Positions 14,461 to 30,909 of a stretch of DNA of 64,000 nucleotides are shown here, piece after piece. Source of the stretch: the human T2T-CHM13v2.0 reference genome, Homo sapiens. The first letter of the stretch is position 1. Every line of letters starts with the position of its first letter. The stretch is taken from the NCBI RefSeq assembly GCF_009914755.1, contig NC_060944.1. One strand, 5' to 3'. Position numbers and translations under genes: made by a program. The notes below the pieces were generated by a model. The model saw nothing but the letters and a program-made list of their open reading frames with translations. It searched no databases and was not told the origin of the DNA.

Positions 14461-16863
14461 GACCGCATGACTCAAGTCCAGGAATGAGTCTGCACTCAGT
14501 CTCTCCTGCCCTTTACTATGGGGCACGCTTTCTCATTTCAGCTCAGGCTAAATTAAACTAATTTAGCTTCATGGAACCTAAGAATGAATGGATGGCCCAG
14601 TGACCCCAAAGTGGCTGAAATAAGAGAATCAAAAAGCCCTCTGCACCGAGGGCATAATGGAAGATGCTTCTGGGCCCCAACCTGCTCAGTCACAGCTGGG
14701 TTGTAATAAATGAACACATTTGGGAACTCTGTTGTATTTCGCTTCGTCAAAACGAAACAATGGAATGTGCCACCCTGGTTCCTATTGAAAGGCACCCTGG
14801 CCCCCAGAACTGCTCTGAATACCTAGGACTGTATTATCAGGATTTCTCAGAAATCTCTTCCAAACACAGCTGCCGCTCTTTAGGGAATGGTTGACTTTAA
14901 TTATTGAGAATTACTTTAAGATTCATGTTTTTCCTCATGTTACTGAAAAGTAATCATTGTAATAATGAAGACCACATGTGTCCTGGGTCTAATTATTAAA
15001 TCATTATATTGTTATATCATTCCTATTAGTTGCTTTGGCGAAAGGGTCAAATGAAAAAAGTCAGGGCATTCTTTTTTATGTCGACATTTTATTTTCTATC
15101 AATACAATTCGCTCCAGCCCGAGACATGGCAGAATGGGACGTGAGCTGGCCTGCATGGGGGCTCGGCTTTGGCCTTCATGGCGGTTGGGTCCGGAGGGAG
15201 GTGAGCAGTGCCCTTGACTGATGCACTGTCCGTCGCTGCTGGACTAGGGCTGGGACTGGGCCCCAGAGCCAGGGTCTCCAGCGCTGGCAAGGGGGAGCTG
15301 CTGGGTCCTTCCTTTCGCTGGGCCTTCTCCTTGGATCCATTGGCCCCTGTAGGTACTGCTGTCCGGCCTTCCTGCTTTCCCCAAAGTCCTCAAAAAGTGT
15401 TTGGGCTCTAAAAGATAAAAACAAAACAGCAAAAGTAGAATGAGTAAATGTTTGAGTACACATCTAGAAGTTTCGATGACTTCAAGTATAGTAAACTGTA
15501 GTCGCTTTCCTCGTAATAAAGTGTAAGTCATCAGAATAAAATGAGCAAAACAGATGTATCTTAAAATGCAAACTAAAACATTATAAGAAAATGGTAAGGA
15601 CAAATTACAGTAATTTGTGACTTTGCATGTGAGTAAAATCCTGAATAATCGAGAAAGAAAGATGATCAAAATCTTTTCAGAGATTCTTGCAGCAAAAAAA
15701 AAATCTCATGTGACCTGGTAAGAGTTGTTGCAGGGCTCGGTGTGGCCAGACCCAAGAGGCCCTGCAGCACCTGTCATGGGGGACTCGTGCTCTGTGTCAC
15801 GTAGTAGCTGCTCAATAATTCCTCCTGGAGGGGATTGCTGATGGAGTCCTTGCTTTTCCCTGGAAACAGTGGATTGTCAAGCTCCAGACAGAGGAAACTT
15901 AATTTGATTTTGTCCCCTGAGTCAGTACTGATTAAGGCTATCATAAAGTAAATTGGCTGAGTTGGGGCCCGTTTCAGGAGGAGCTGGAGTTGCTCTGCAG
16001 CCCAGCCTGGTTCTGAGGGCCCCAGGTGGTGGAGTCTGCAGCAATGGAGGAGGGGAGATGGGCACTCTGTATTAACCCAGCTGCAGGCGAGAGGGTTTAG
16101 GGGGGGATATGTGAGCCTCCAGGGTTGCAAGTCTGCCCTGCCCTTTGCTCAGACCAACACGTCTGAGTTGCCATGCATTCGAAGAGTGGGTGCCATGGTT
16201 CCCAGCAGACATGTGGCTCAGGACTTGGCCAGATATGCCTGGGTACCCCATGTACCTGGCCTATGCCGGTACCTCATGTGTGAGCTCTGTGACCCTGCAT
16301 GGGGATCTCCCATCTCTGAGTCTCTTCATCTCTGTAGTTACTGTGAGGAATTCAATGTGTGCTAAATGCCCAGAAGCGTGTCCAGCACACCTTTTATGAT
16401 AGGGCATGTCGGTGCACGTGGCACTGCACAGCTGGTTTCCCATCTCCTCTGCTGGGGGACGGGGCTGAGTCAGTTACCTTTGCCAGCATGTTTCCAGCAC
16501 TCAGCAAAGAGTGTGGCACAGAGTAACCTCTCAGAGGTGGTTTGCTGAATGAGCACACCAACCCTTAGCTCATGTGACCCCCAAATCCCAGCTCAGGATG
16601 GAAAAGGCAAATTGGGAGCAGGGCCAGAGCTAGGAGAGGTACAGGATGGAGAGAAGTTGCTGGGAAGGGAGGCCGAGGTAAGGCCGGGCCGGTGAAAATG
16701 GGAACATGTTACTCAACCTCTGCCATGCTGGGGCCTGGGGAAAAGGATGCCTGCAGCTTTATAGAGGATGGGAGGGAGCTGGCTGTAGTTGTGTGAGGGC
16801 CCTTGGGACTGTAAAGCTGGAGAAACCTGAGGAGGGTTGTCAAAGGTGTGTTGGCCTGCTGCC

Positions 16864-17220
16864 ATTAGATTACTTTGGTTGCAAGTAATGGAAAACCAAA
16901 CTCAAGTTGACTTAAACAATTAAGGCAAGTTATTGGTTCCTGTAAAGCCTGAAAAGTCCCAAAGTGGATCTAACTTCAGTTTAGCTAGATCCAAGGACAC
17001 ACAGCAGTGGCACCAAGGACCCACTTTCTTTCAATCTTGTTGTTCAACCTCTTATAAAGTCAGCCAGGGCATTTGCATGTTGTCCCAACATTTGTCACTT
17101 GCAAATGGCTCTCTCTACTGCACAGGACATCATAGGAAAATCCCAGAGCAAGAGGGATGGGACTGAGTCCTGGTGCTGAGACTCTGGGGAGGGACAGACT
17201 ACTTTGTGATTACTCAAAAG
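16864..17220 (-). mobile_element. Old MLT1 (K/L-like) LTR fragment
   Basis: ttggttgcaagtaatggaaaaccaaactcaagttgacttaaacaa..ttattggttc. Confidence 0.6.
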
Positions 17221-18061
17221 GCGAGGAGGGGTGATGAAATAAGCCATTTCTAAACTGTGCTTCCCAGACCTCAGGGTCATCCCAGAGGAAGGGGCTGAAG
17301 GGAAAGGGAAGGAGATGGGTGAGCTTCCAATTCACTCAGAAGGGCTCCTCTTTTATCCACCTTCCATGAAGGAGTTCAGACACAGAAAGGCTCAGGTGTA
17401 AGCCTGAAACTCACCAAACGAGCTGGTCCGAAGCACATTTTACTTTGAGTGCTCACTGTGTGCTCTGTTGAGTGTATTAATGGCTTCATAGCAACCCAGG
17501 AAGTGGATGCTATTACAACCCTCCCTTTATCTATGAGAAAGTGGAGGCCCAGTTAGCTAGTGGTAAAGCCAGAAAATCTGACTCCAAAGCCTGTGGGACA
17601 AACCCATCTCTCCACTGAGCCATCTTCTGTACACAGCCACCCTTTTAAACACAGATGCAGTAATGCACACAGTAGGTGTTCAGCAAGTGTTTCCTGACTG
17701 AATGACTGACTGCAGGTCTGCCTGGGTCCATGGCTCATGCTCTTTGTACACTTCATTTCTCTCAAGTAGGACAATGTTTAGCATTCCTCCAAAGAACCCT
17801 GCTGTCATCTTTGGGAGTTAAGAAGTTCAGTTCTTCCCTGTTTTTGTAATTACAGGATGACCCCAGGTCCATTTTCCAGGAATTCTTTGAATTGAGAGGG
17901 ACCAAACTATGAAGGAATGCTGATGAGCCTTAGAATTGGTTTCTGTCTGCGTCCCACTTCTTGCAAACCCCTAGTTATTAAACACTGTAATTCTTGCATC
18001 TATAGGAGCCCTTTCCCCAATTAGTAAATAGATATGCCTGACTGCAGTCACTTGACTTGGC

Positions 18062-18592
18062 TGACTCATTCATTCCTTTACTCACTTATTCACTCATTCC
18101 TTCACTCACTCATTCACTCATTCCCTCACTCATTCATTCCTTCACTCATTCATTCATTCACCCATTCACATATTCATTCACTCACTCATTCACTCATTTA
18201 TTCACTCACTTACTCATTTATTCACTCACTTATTCCCTCACTCATTCACTCATTCCTTCACTCATTCACTCATTCATTCCTTCACTCATTCACTCACTCA
18301 TTCATTCATTCCTTCACTCATTCATTCTCCCATTCACTTATTCATTCATTCACTAAGTCATTCATTCATTCACCCATTCACTAATTTATTCCCTCATTCA
18401 CTAATTTATTCCCTCATTCACTAATTTATTCCCTCATTCACTAATTTATTCCCTCATTCAGTCACTCACTGACTCATTCATTCAATCACTCATTCACACA
18501 GACATTCATTCATTCACTCACTCAATATATTCATTCTCTCACTCAGGCATTCATTCACTCAGTCACTCATTCATTCACCCCCTCATGTATTC
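18062..18592. repeat. ~530-bp degenerate (TTCA)n tract containing 4 perfect copies of a 20-bp unit (18381-18460)
   Basis: ctaatttattccctcattca x4; abuts the 3' end of an L2. Confidence 0.95.
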
Positions 18593-18990
18593 AGATATTT
18601 TATAGAGCAGCTCCACATGTTCATTACAGTTGTGGGCACTGTAGAACATGATGTTGAACAAGGTAGGTCCCTGTTGTCATAGAACTAAATGCCCACAGGG
18701 GGCACTGGACCTGCAGACAAATAAGCAATGCTAACGGTGGCACCAGAAGAGGGTGAGGGGTGCCCTGGCAGTAGTTCCAGCAGGACCTGCCTTTCTGGGC
18801 ATCACAGGAAGAGATCGCCCTGTGGAGGAAAGGAGTTACCGAGGAAAGGAGTTACCAAGGCAAGGGGAGTGAGGTTGGAGGGAATGGAGAGAAGTGTTCA
18901 TGTTCCAGGCAGAGGGTACAACAGGGGCAAAGGGCAGCTGGACGTGGGTTCCAGAAACGGAAAGCAGCAGTGAAGTGGGAACATGGGAGG
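18585..18990 (-). mobile_element. L2 fragment
   Basis: attcagatattttatagagca..; L2 body tgttccaggcagagggtacaacagggg. Confidence 0.6.
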
Positions 18991-20049
18991 GAGCCAAGGG
19001 AGCGCAGGATCCTTGCCATAGTGTCAGTGCTGCGGTATCGCGAGCCATCTCCAATTGCTTCTCTCATGCTTGGACGTGTAACTCTTGCATTCCTGAGAGC
19101 TGCAAGCCCTACAGGAACTGAAGGTAGGTCATCCCCCTCAGGAATGCTGCAAAGAGCAGGAGCATGGCCCTGGGGAAAGGAGGCTCCCACAAGACCCACT
19201 TGGGTACCAGTCGGGGGACCCAGGCCCCCATCACGTCCCAACAGCCCCACAGACCTGTCCCTCTGGAAAAGCAATGGTTTGGCGAAGTGTCAACAGCATA
19301 GCCCAGGAAGATTCTGGAGATACCTAAATTAAAGCAGCATGAGTGTAGGGGAGCCCCTGTTTCTCAAAGCCGGGGGTGCCAAATGTTATGGTGGAAGCAT
19401 CTGGAAGCTATGGATTGAGGCACAAGAGCAAAAATGAGATGAATTCAGTGCAGTCCAGACTCTCCTGTCTCCTGCCCACAACCCCCAGGGCGCTCAGTGG
19501 AGACGGACCCCCGCAGGTCCTTGAAAAGCAAGGAGTGGCTCAATAAGTAGGTTGATTTGCATTTAATAGGGGCACAAATTGCAACAACAACTAACCGTGG
19601 TGACAAGCAATTATATTCGGCTGAAATTAAAAATGAAAGTAAAAGAAGGAACACATAAGAAATTCAGCCATTTCCTTCTTGGTCATGGGGATAGAGGGAG
19701 GATGACAGACAGAGCTCTGGCTCACAAGAACTCACACTTGGTTGAATTCAAGGCTGTCACCGTCCTGAAATTCTTAGCGATGTTGAACAACGGGGCCAAC
19801 ACATGATGCGGCTGGGCCCAAATACAGAATCTGGCTGCCATATCTGGTTTGTGCCTCCATGAAATTGTCCTTCCCTCTGTCATACAAATGTATTCCATCC
19901 TATTTCTCAGATGATTTTGTGGCAGCATTTTCTTTTTTTTTCTTATTTACCCAGCCTTTTAAAGTATGGTATAGCATGTGATCAGCAAAGTTTACAAATC
20001 GTATGAGATGACTTTTTAACATATGGTCCAACTCTTGTAAAAGTATTAA

Positions 20050-20806
<757 letters not shown>

Positions 20807-22643
20807 AAGATTGTTTTATATAATTTCCCAACTACTCTTGTGGGTTATTCAGGCCCCTGGGAATCCAGGAAATCCTAAGGGGAGAAATAAAACATAGAAC
20901 TTCAAGTAACTCTCACTATGGCAAAAGCACCTAAAGTTGAAAGATGTTCTAAGTCTTTCAAATAATGTAAGACATAATTCCATTTTGGAGGTGCATTTCT
21001 GCAATGAGATTCTTGGTTCTTTTAGGCGGTGCTTTCAGGGATCTGGAATCATATATTTTGAGATGATAGATTATCTTAAATTATCTTAATTGTTTCATTA
21101 ACATGAACTTGATATAAAGTAGCCTCTTGAAGTGCATTGTAAGGAGGGAAAAGAGATTAATAACCTAATCAAGCATTTGGAAACAACTGACATGCCTCAT
21201 GGAGAGAGTACTCTAAAAATTTCATTTAAAAATGTAATTATATTGATTGGAAAGATGGATTTCTTTGTTTCAGAGAGCAGATCTTATAGTTTGAGAGCAT
21301 TTAGCTGAATTGATAGAATTATATTTAAAATGCTATCTTCTTAATTGCATCAAAATGTAATTTTCAGGCTTTTACTGCAGAAAGAGTTGGGTTTCTGGAG
21401 CCTTCTGCCCTTTTAATGTTGATTTCAGGTGACCACTGGTGTTCCTGGGAAAAAGAAACATAAAAACAAAAGGATTTATATTTACGGTATTTTAGTTCAG
21501 AGCCAACCTTGTGGTAGGGAAGGTGGCTGTGACCTTTGTAGGTGGCGGTGTAGGTGTGAGGGGATAAGGAGGGGGCGCTCTGCCAAAGCTCTTTAAGGAA
21601 TGCACCCCAACTCTGGGTCCTCGGTGACCTCAACCTTCCTCCCTGGATGCTGCCTTTTCTTTCTGGAGTAAGACCTTGGCATATTTTTAAAAATCTTCTT
21701 GGCAGTGTCAGATTTTCGTTATTTGAGGAAGGTTGCATTTTTCGAAAGAAGTCGTTTGGAGCTAAGACTAGGTCATGATACGCAGGGAAATATCACTCTG
21801 AGATAATATTCCAGACAATGAGTCAAGTCCCCAAAGCCAAGGCTGATCTTCTCACATGGCTTCAAAAGCCCCTGGACTTTCGTCCTGAGGGTCCCCTTCC
21901 TCCGGGCCATGCACGCATGAAGATGTTCAAGCACCTTTTTGCAAATAGCTGCATAAACAAACAAGGAAACAAACTAGAAAACTACCTAAATGCCTCGGAT
22001 TGGGCCTTGCGGAGGCTCCTGCCACCTGTGCCCCACAAGAGATTTTCACTATAAAGACACTGAGAGATATGAAAACATTTCTGAGAGAATGTCGGGTTGG
22101 GGGATCCCAAGAATCAAACTGTAAGTACACACGACAGCTGCAAAAATAAAAAGAGCTGCTGTGTCAGGGTGTTGGGATTGGGGGACTTTTCCTCTTGTTT
22201 TCACCTAAAACTGTGTCTTAATGAAAACCAAAATCCAAAGAACAAAGAGAAGCATGTAAAAAGTTCTATAAAAAGCAGGCTCCTGTGCAATGTATTTCTG
22301 AAGGAGAAATGACAAAGTTTGGGCCGGTGATGCTGTCTTTAGATGCTGTCTCAGAATATATCATAATCTCTTAAGGTAACCTTGGCTGGAGAAGACACTG
22401 TGTGTTTGGAAGCGTATGTTTCCTTACATTACTTACTAATAGTAATAAATAGCATTTGTGGAGTTTACAGAAAATATTCCTGCAAAATAACTCACCCCAT
22501 CCAGTGCAACCCAGAGAGGCTATTGCTCCTATCTCTACATGACAGGGGGGGATAAGGGATGCTGGGAAGGCCCTAGATGATGTTACTGAGGGTTCACAGC
22601 AACAGGATGGGACCCCAAGTAAGTAGCCTGTCTCCCCATCTGA

Positions 22644-22979
<336 letters not shown>

Positions 22980-23399
22980 AGATACCAGTCTGTTCTATCC
23001 TCTGACACAGGGAGGCTCTCTTGTCTACACTCCCTCCCCATAGGTTTCCCAATTTTGTTCAAAATTGGTTTCACTCAATCCCCATGGCATCCCTCAAAAT
23101 GCCTGCTGACTATTTGACCGGACTACCTCTTGCAGGTAGGAGACGAAATCCCAATTTGAAGTCAGGAGATCACAAACTCAAATTCCTACAGGAGTCAGAG
23201 CTAGGGATGACAGTCCCTGTTCTCATATTAAATACATAGGAATCCTCTTTACTCTCTCATAGAAAGGTCTATTCCCTAATTTTTTACTCAAAACATGAAA
23301 CTCTTTTGATTTATCTGTTCCCATTATTTACAAAGCCTGAGATAAAGAGAGATATTCATCTAATTTAAGAAAAGCACCATGCAACCAACTGATAATTGG

Positions 23400-23600
23400 C
23401 AAGAAAAAATAGACTCAGGGAAACAATAGAGAATGGTGGGGATTGTGGCAAAATTGGAGTGTTCACATTTTATCCAAAGGGAGCTCAGTTACAACTGATA
23501 GCTGCCATGTGAAAAAGAAGACCCTATGTTGTTATGTTTTCCTATTTTCAAGAAGAAGCTGGAGACCCAAATATGAGAAATTTCCCAATTTTGAAGTATA
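23400..23600. mobile_element. MER102-like hAT fragment
   Basis: tggtggggattgtggcaaaattggag..ttttcaagaagaagctggaga. Confidence 0.5.
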
Positions 23601-23652
23601 TTGAAAGAGAGAGTCTCATTTTGAAGAATTTCAAGAAATTATATCAGTTAAG

Positions 23653-23850
23653 TGTCTTGGTTTGGGTTTCCCCAGAAACAGACCATGAGACAAGGACTCA
23701 AAGACAAATGGTCTATTTGGGAGACAATCTCAGGAAATACCCCTGGGAGAGTGGGAAGGGAGAGTGGGGGAGGAGAAGAAGAACAGATATGCTCTCGAAC
23801 AGTAACTTCTGGAAGCAGCAAAGGTTCAGATTGGTCAGAGATGGTATAGA
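23653..23850 (-). mobile_element. LTR16-family (ERVL) LTR fragment
   Basis: tgtcttggtttgggtttccccagaaacagacc..tatttgggagacaatctcaggaa. Confidence 0.6.
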
Positions 23851-23851
23851 A

Positions 23852-24455
<604 letters not shown>

Positions 24456-24736
24456 ACGGGTGCAGATAGCTCATGACTATCCCATCTGAGGGTGGAGGAA
24501 CCTGGGATATTTATCCACCCCGTCCTGCTTGCACACGATTAGGGGCTGTTTCCAGGGGCAATTCCATGTGTGCTAGGTAGGCCGGGGGTTCCTGCAGCCA
24601 AACAGCCCCGCAGTTGAGAGTTGCGAGGAATGCTGGAAGCAGCCTTTCGGGGTAGAGGTGAGTGCTAAGGGAATGTGGACGGGGCGGCAACAGCAACTGC
24701 TAACTGAAAGTCTTGATTCCTCTCAGCTCCATCGCC

Positions 24737-24924
24737 ATGGTTCTCAAAGTGTGGCACCTGGGCTGGTAGTGCCAGCATCACCTGGGAACTTGTTAGAAAC
24801 GCAAATTCACAGGCCCCACTCCAGACCTACCAAAGCAGAACCTGTGAGGGTGGAAGCCCAACCATGTGGATTTTGACAAGCCTCCCAGAGAATTCTAATA
24901 TATGCTCAAGTTTGAGAACCACAG
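24737..24924. mobile_element. MER5A
   Basis: tggttctcaaagtgtgg..gcatcacctgggaacttgttagaaacgcaaattc..caagtttgagaaccac. Confidence 0.85.
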
Positions 24925-26021
24925 CTCGATTGCATTTTAAAGCAATTAGGCCAAGGGGAAATATCCTTGTTCTTACATAAAACCAAGATGACCTTAACTA
25001 GCATTGGCTCCTTTCTTTCAACAGGCTCAAAGTGAACTCATTTTCATAAGAATTGCATTGTTTAAATAAATATGAAGTTTAAACTGTATATATCCTGTCC
25101 CATGCCAATAAGTCCAATGCATACAAATCACTTTAAAATCCACCCATGGAGATCTGTACTCAGCGATGTTGCTAGAATCACTCCTCTGTTAGATATCAAT
25201 AGTGGCAGATGATAAACTCTCTTCTGCAATGTGACACCTTCTTTACTAATAGACCATTACGCTGTCTGAATCAGAGTTTCACTGATTAAACAGGAAATGC
25301 CATCTGTAGAGTCTGGTATCCTTCCAGGGTCTGCAAAGGTTGGGACCAGATAAAAAATAAAAAGCCTTTTCTTTGCTCAACTTTTAAAACAATTATTCTT
25401 ATTTTTCAAGGCGTATTCATATAAACAAAGAGAGCCTGGTCATAACCTATGAAATAGGCCAAATAATAGTAGGGATGTCAGTATTCTGGGGACAAGGAAA
25501 CAGCAGCAGGATGAGGAGGGACTTGCCGGGTGCATGTGTTTGCTGAGGGTGGGGTCCCACCTCCCCACCTCTCCACCTCCTTCCCCACCCCTTCCCCACC
25601 TGGTGCTGTTTATTTCCTTTAACAAGAACCAGAACTTGGATGGTTCTGCTCAAACACAGCAGCTCTGACACCCCTAGAAAGGCTGGGAAACATGGAGGTT
25701 CTGTTTAGCTTTCTGTCCCTGCTGTCGTGAAATAGCCCCTCGTGAATGAAATTCTGCGCACAGCGTCACCACCCAGCGGAGCGTCACCTGCTCTAGGCCT
25801 CACCTCCCAGGTGGTCAGGGTTTGTTGATACCTTGGTGTCGCCAATGAGTCTGATGAAGACAGAAGGTTTTCATTAAGTAGATAATTGCTCCTGAGAATA
25901 GAAATGCAAACGGAAGCACAACAAATGTGCTTTGCTATTTGTAGACATTTGTCAAGTTTAAGAGAATGGGCCACATTAATTTGAAGGTTTAATTTCTTGG
26001 CATTTGTGGCTGTCTCTGTTA

Positions 26022-26230
26022 AAGTGGTTCTCATCTGGGGTGATTTTGGCCTCCCCCCGCCCCCCACTGTGGGTACATTGGAAAATGTCTGGGGACGTTT
26101 TTGGTTGTCACAAGCAGGGGGTGGGGAGGTTGCTGATATTGAGTGGATGGGGATCAGGGATGCTGCTATACATCCTGCAATGCACAGACCTTCACCACAG
26201 AGAATGAGCTGACCCAGGCTAAGAAATGCT
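26022..26230 (+). mobile_element. MER20
   Basis: agtggttctca..gtgattttg..aatgtctggggacgtttttggttgtcacaa..agggatgctgcta. Confidence 0.8.
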
Positions 26231-26234
26231 GCTC

Positions 26235-26313
26235 ACATGTATACATATGTAACAAACCTGCACATTGTGCACATGTACCCTAAAACTTAAAGTATAATAA
26301 TTTAAAAAAAGAC
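26235..26313 (+). mobile_element. ~80-bp L1PA (young primate) extreme 3' end
   Basis: acatgtatacatatgtaacaaacctgcacattgtgcacatgtaccctaaaacttaaagtataat; TSD agaaatgctgctc (26222-26234) / agaaattctgctc (26314-26326). Confidence 0.9.
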
Positions 26314-29300
26314 AGAAATTCTGCTCTATGGCTTTAAGCCAGTACAATTTTTCACAATCAATCATAATAAACCAAACACACTAGAAAAATAGAAGAAGTT
26401 GGGGGGAGGGATTTTTAGCATTAAAAGTACAGATTTGCTATAAGTGAAGCTGGATGTCTTGGTTTTGTCCCTCTTTGCCTTAGGAAGGGTTATGCCCACT
26501 GAGAGTTCATTAGTTAGTATTTTTCGGGTCTATTTTAGGCAACCAACCAACCAATTTATTTTTTTTAATGAAAGTTTAAACCCTCACCTTGGGCGAACTG
26601 TATCGAAATATGGATTAGGTGTGCACAGGCTTTTCCTGCTTTGGCCAGCCACTGGCCTGAAGAAAATGCTAACCTTTCTCACTCGAACAGTTCAGCTGCC
26701 TTTGATGGATTTTTATTGAGTGTCTACTCTGTTAGCCACCACAGAGTTACTGTTAGGTTGGGGGGAACTGGGAGAGAAGAGGTTCAGGCCAAGTAAAAAG
26801 TACAATGTCAGAAGGAGACCAGCGAGGAGCTAATAGGGGTGAGACTCAGAGGAGCTGAGGAGGGAGAGAAAGGGAGAGGCAGGGTCAGGAAGGTCTTCCA
26901 TGAGCCCCGGCCCCCAAGAACACCAGGTTTCTACCAAGGCACAACTACTCCAAAGCCCTAGAGAAAATTCTCTGAAGTCACATGTGGTAGAAATTTCACT
27001 GGAATTCAGAAGTGGGTCTATTTGGTTTCCTTCTTTCTACTCCTTCATCCTTCTACCTGCTTTCCCAAACACTGGCACCAAGAAGAAAACAAAAGTCTCC
27101 GATGCACAAGCTCCCTAGAGCCCAGAAGCAGGTCTTCCAGTTTCTTAACTGGAGACATAAAGGCAATCATGCCTGCCTCCTTCCTCCTGTAGAAATGAAT
27201 ACATTTTGGTAAACTATTTGAAGATGCACAGGAAGACGCAATCATTCCCAGCTGAAATGGACCATTGCAGACTCACCTCATGAAACACATCTCATCTGCC
27301 CCCTCTCATAATCGGATTATTAGTGTGAAAATGGAGCCCACGTGCCCGGTTAGGGATATACAATAATGTTAATAATATTTATGATGTCTAGAGGGCCTTC
27401 CTTTGGTCTGGTGGTTGGGAAAGGGGTTGGAGTGGTTCTAACATAATCTTCACAACAGAAGCCTGGGTCCCACCAAGAGAAGATGCCCTGAGACAGACGC
27501 TGTCCTGAGAGTCCATGAAGGAATGACGCTCCTTTCCAGTACTAGGCAGACCCAGTAACTCCTACTTCCAAGCATGTGACTGGGACAGCCCCATTTTCCA
27601 AGGAGCTGGTGTGATGGTTTTTGACCTGATAGTGGTGACTTGGTTCCAGTTGTTTCCTGAATGTTTTTACAGAAATAACCAATGTATTTCCGGTGCAGTG
27701 TTCTATCTTAGCTGACAAAACAAGAGGTGAGGCTCAGCCTGGAGTGATTCCATTAAACCGGATGGGCACAAGATACGGGCCAATCTGGTTACCGTCCTGG
27801 AAGAGATTTCATCTAGAGGCGGCTAAACAGGAAATTGGAATTTCTCTCCTCTCAAATGATTCATTATCGCTACAGCATCTTAATAAAACAGACAAGGGGT
27901 CAGTAATTCGAGCTCGGTAATTAAGTGGAAAAAGAACAGCTTAGTACAACGGTTGAGCACCGTAATAGATTCTGACATATAAATGAAGGGAAGGGGAGTG
28001 GGGATGACAAGGTAGATGAGATATTAGACAGCTGGCCCTGAGCTTGTCATTTTCCAGTTGGTGCAGAACGGGGCTTTGTTCAGGTAAAATGGCTTTTGTT
28101 GGCCGGGGCCACTGTTGCGGCCTTTGACAGGCGGCCCAGGCAATTTCATTTATCCAGATTATAAGACAATTAAATGAAAATGAAATGTTTGTGTATTTCC
28201 ATTTCTTTTAATACTGGCAAATGCAAAGTTTCCTAAGAAGCTTGCCTGGAAAAAGAAATTCATCTCGGCTTTCAAAGTGGGTGGAGTGGAGAAGTAAAAT
28301 TCCTTCTGTGATTTTGGGGCCTATACGAGGAAGAAGGAATTTCACAGGAAAATGGAAAGAAAGAAAAAAAAAAAAAACACCTCCAGCTGTCATCTTCACT
28401 GTGCTTATCTCTTGCCTAATTATAAGATTGAGAGACCATTGCCCCAGGCAGTGCAGGGCTTGGTTTAAGAAAGAGAGCTGTAAGGATGCTTGGTTTACCT
28501 AAACAATAGGCTTTGTCAAATACCTATGGAGCGGGTGAGCTGTCATTCCAGGAGCTGGTTTTCCAGCACTCTGAACTGTCTTGTGCCTTCCAGCAGCCCT
28601 GCTCTGTAATTAAACAGCCAACCTGGAGATTAGGGGCTCCCGTGAAGGGATTCATTGCAGGTACCGCACATGTCTGTAGCTAGAACCCAGTTTTATGGAC
28701 CTTCTGGTTGTCAAGTTTTGCTCTCATTTTCCCTTTCCTCTTCAGAGATAATCACACAAACAATTTCATTTGTCTTTCATGCAGAGAGAGAAATAGCAGG
28801 TTTAACAGTCCTGAACACCCATCTATGGTTATCTCAGTGTTCTTTATCTCTGAGTCAGGGGAATTTTCTACCTGTTGACATTCATGTCTTCCTGAATGCC
28901 CTGGCGACTCCTGTTCTCAGGGCCACCCAGCGCCACTGCCACGACTTCCAACAGATGGTTGTTTCTTCCTATACCTCTGTCCTGGCCCCAGCTGTCCAGC
29001 CAGGTCCTTTTTCCCTTCCAGGGTTGGAAAGTACTTCTGCCTGCAATTTTCCAAGCCTTGAGCATGTTAATCAGTTGCTCCAGATCTGCTGGTTGAATTT
29101 TAGGCCACCAGCACAGAGCACAATGGCTGGACTCAGGTGTCAGATGCCCAAAGAGGGGCAGGGGCTGCGAGAACCTGGCGTGGTACAGCACAGTGAAAAT
29201 ATCGAGTGCCAGTCAGGTCTCGCGGCCTAGGCACTTGCTTTACAACAAGCTAATTATTTTATCGGTTTCCTCTGCATGTGGCAAAGGACGGTGGAGCTGC

Positions 29301-29389
29301 AGGAAGCACTTCGATTCTTCTGTTCTATCAAGGTTCAAGTTGATGCACAGAAACGGGAAACCCACCAGGACTCTCTCCTTCTTAGACAG

Positions 29390-30860
<1,471 letters not shown>

Positions 30861-30909
30861 TCAAAGCCCCTTGCCTCTGCCTCTGCTGTGCCACTCCCAT
30901 TTTCTAATG

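Noticed and set aside
15200-15770. Possible old hAT-Tip100-like DNA transposon (AT-rich core, GC-rich ends)
   Set aside because: Could not define TIRs or a TSD, or match a consensus with confidence.
18034-18384. His/Ser-rich ORFs; the 20-bp repeats as a CRISPR-like array
   Set aside because: Simple-repeat translation; the units are contiguous with no spacers, in a eukaryotic context.
28655-29230. 191-aa ORF upstream of the ERVL pol fragment, possible gag
   Set aside because: No gag or zinc-knuckle motif recognised.
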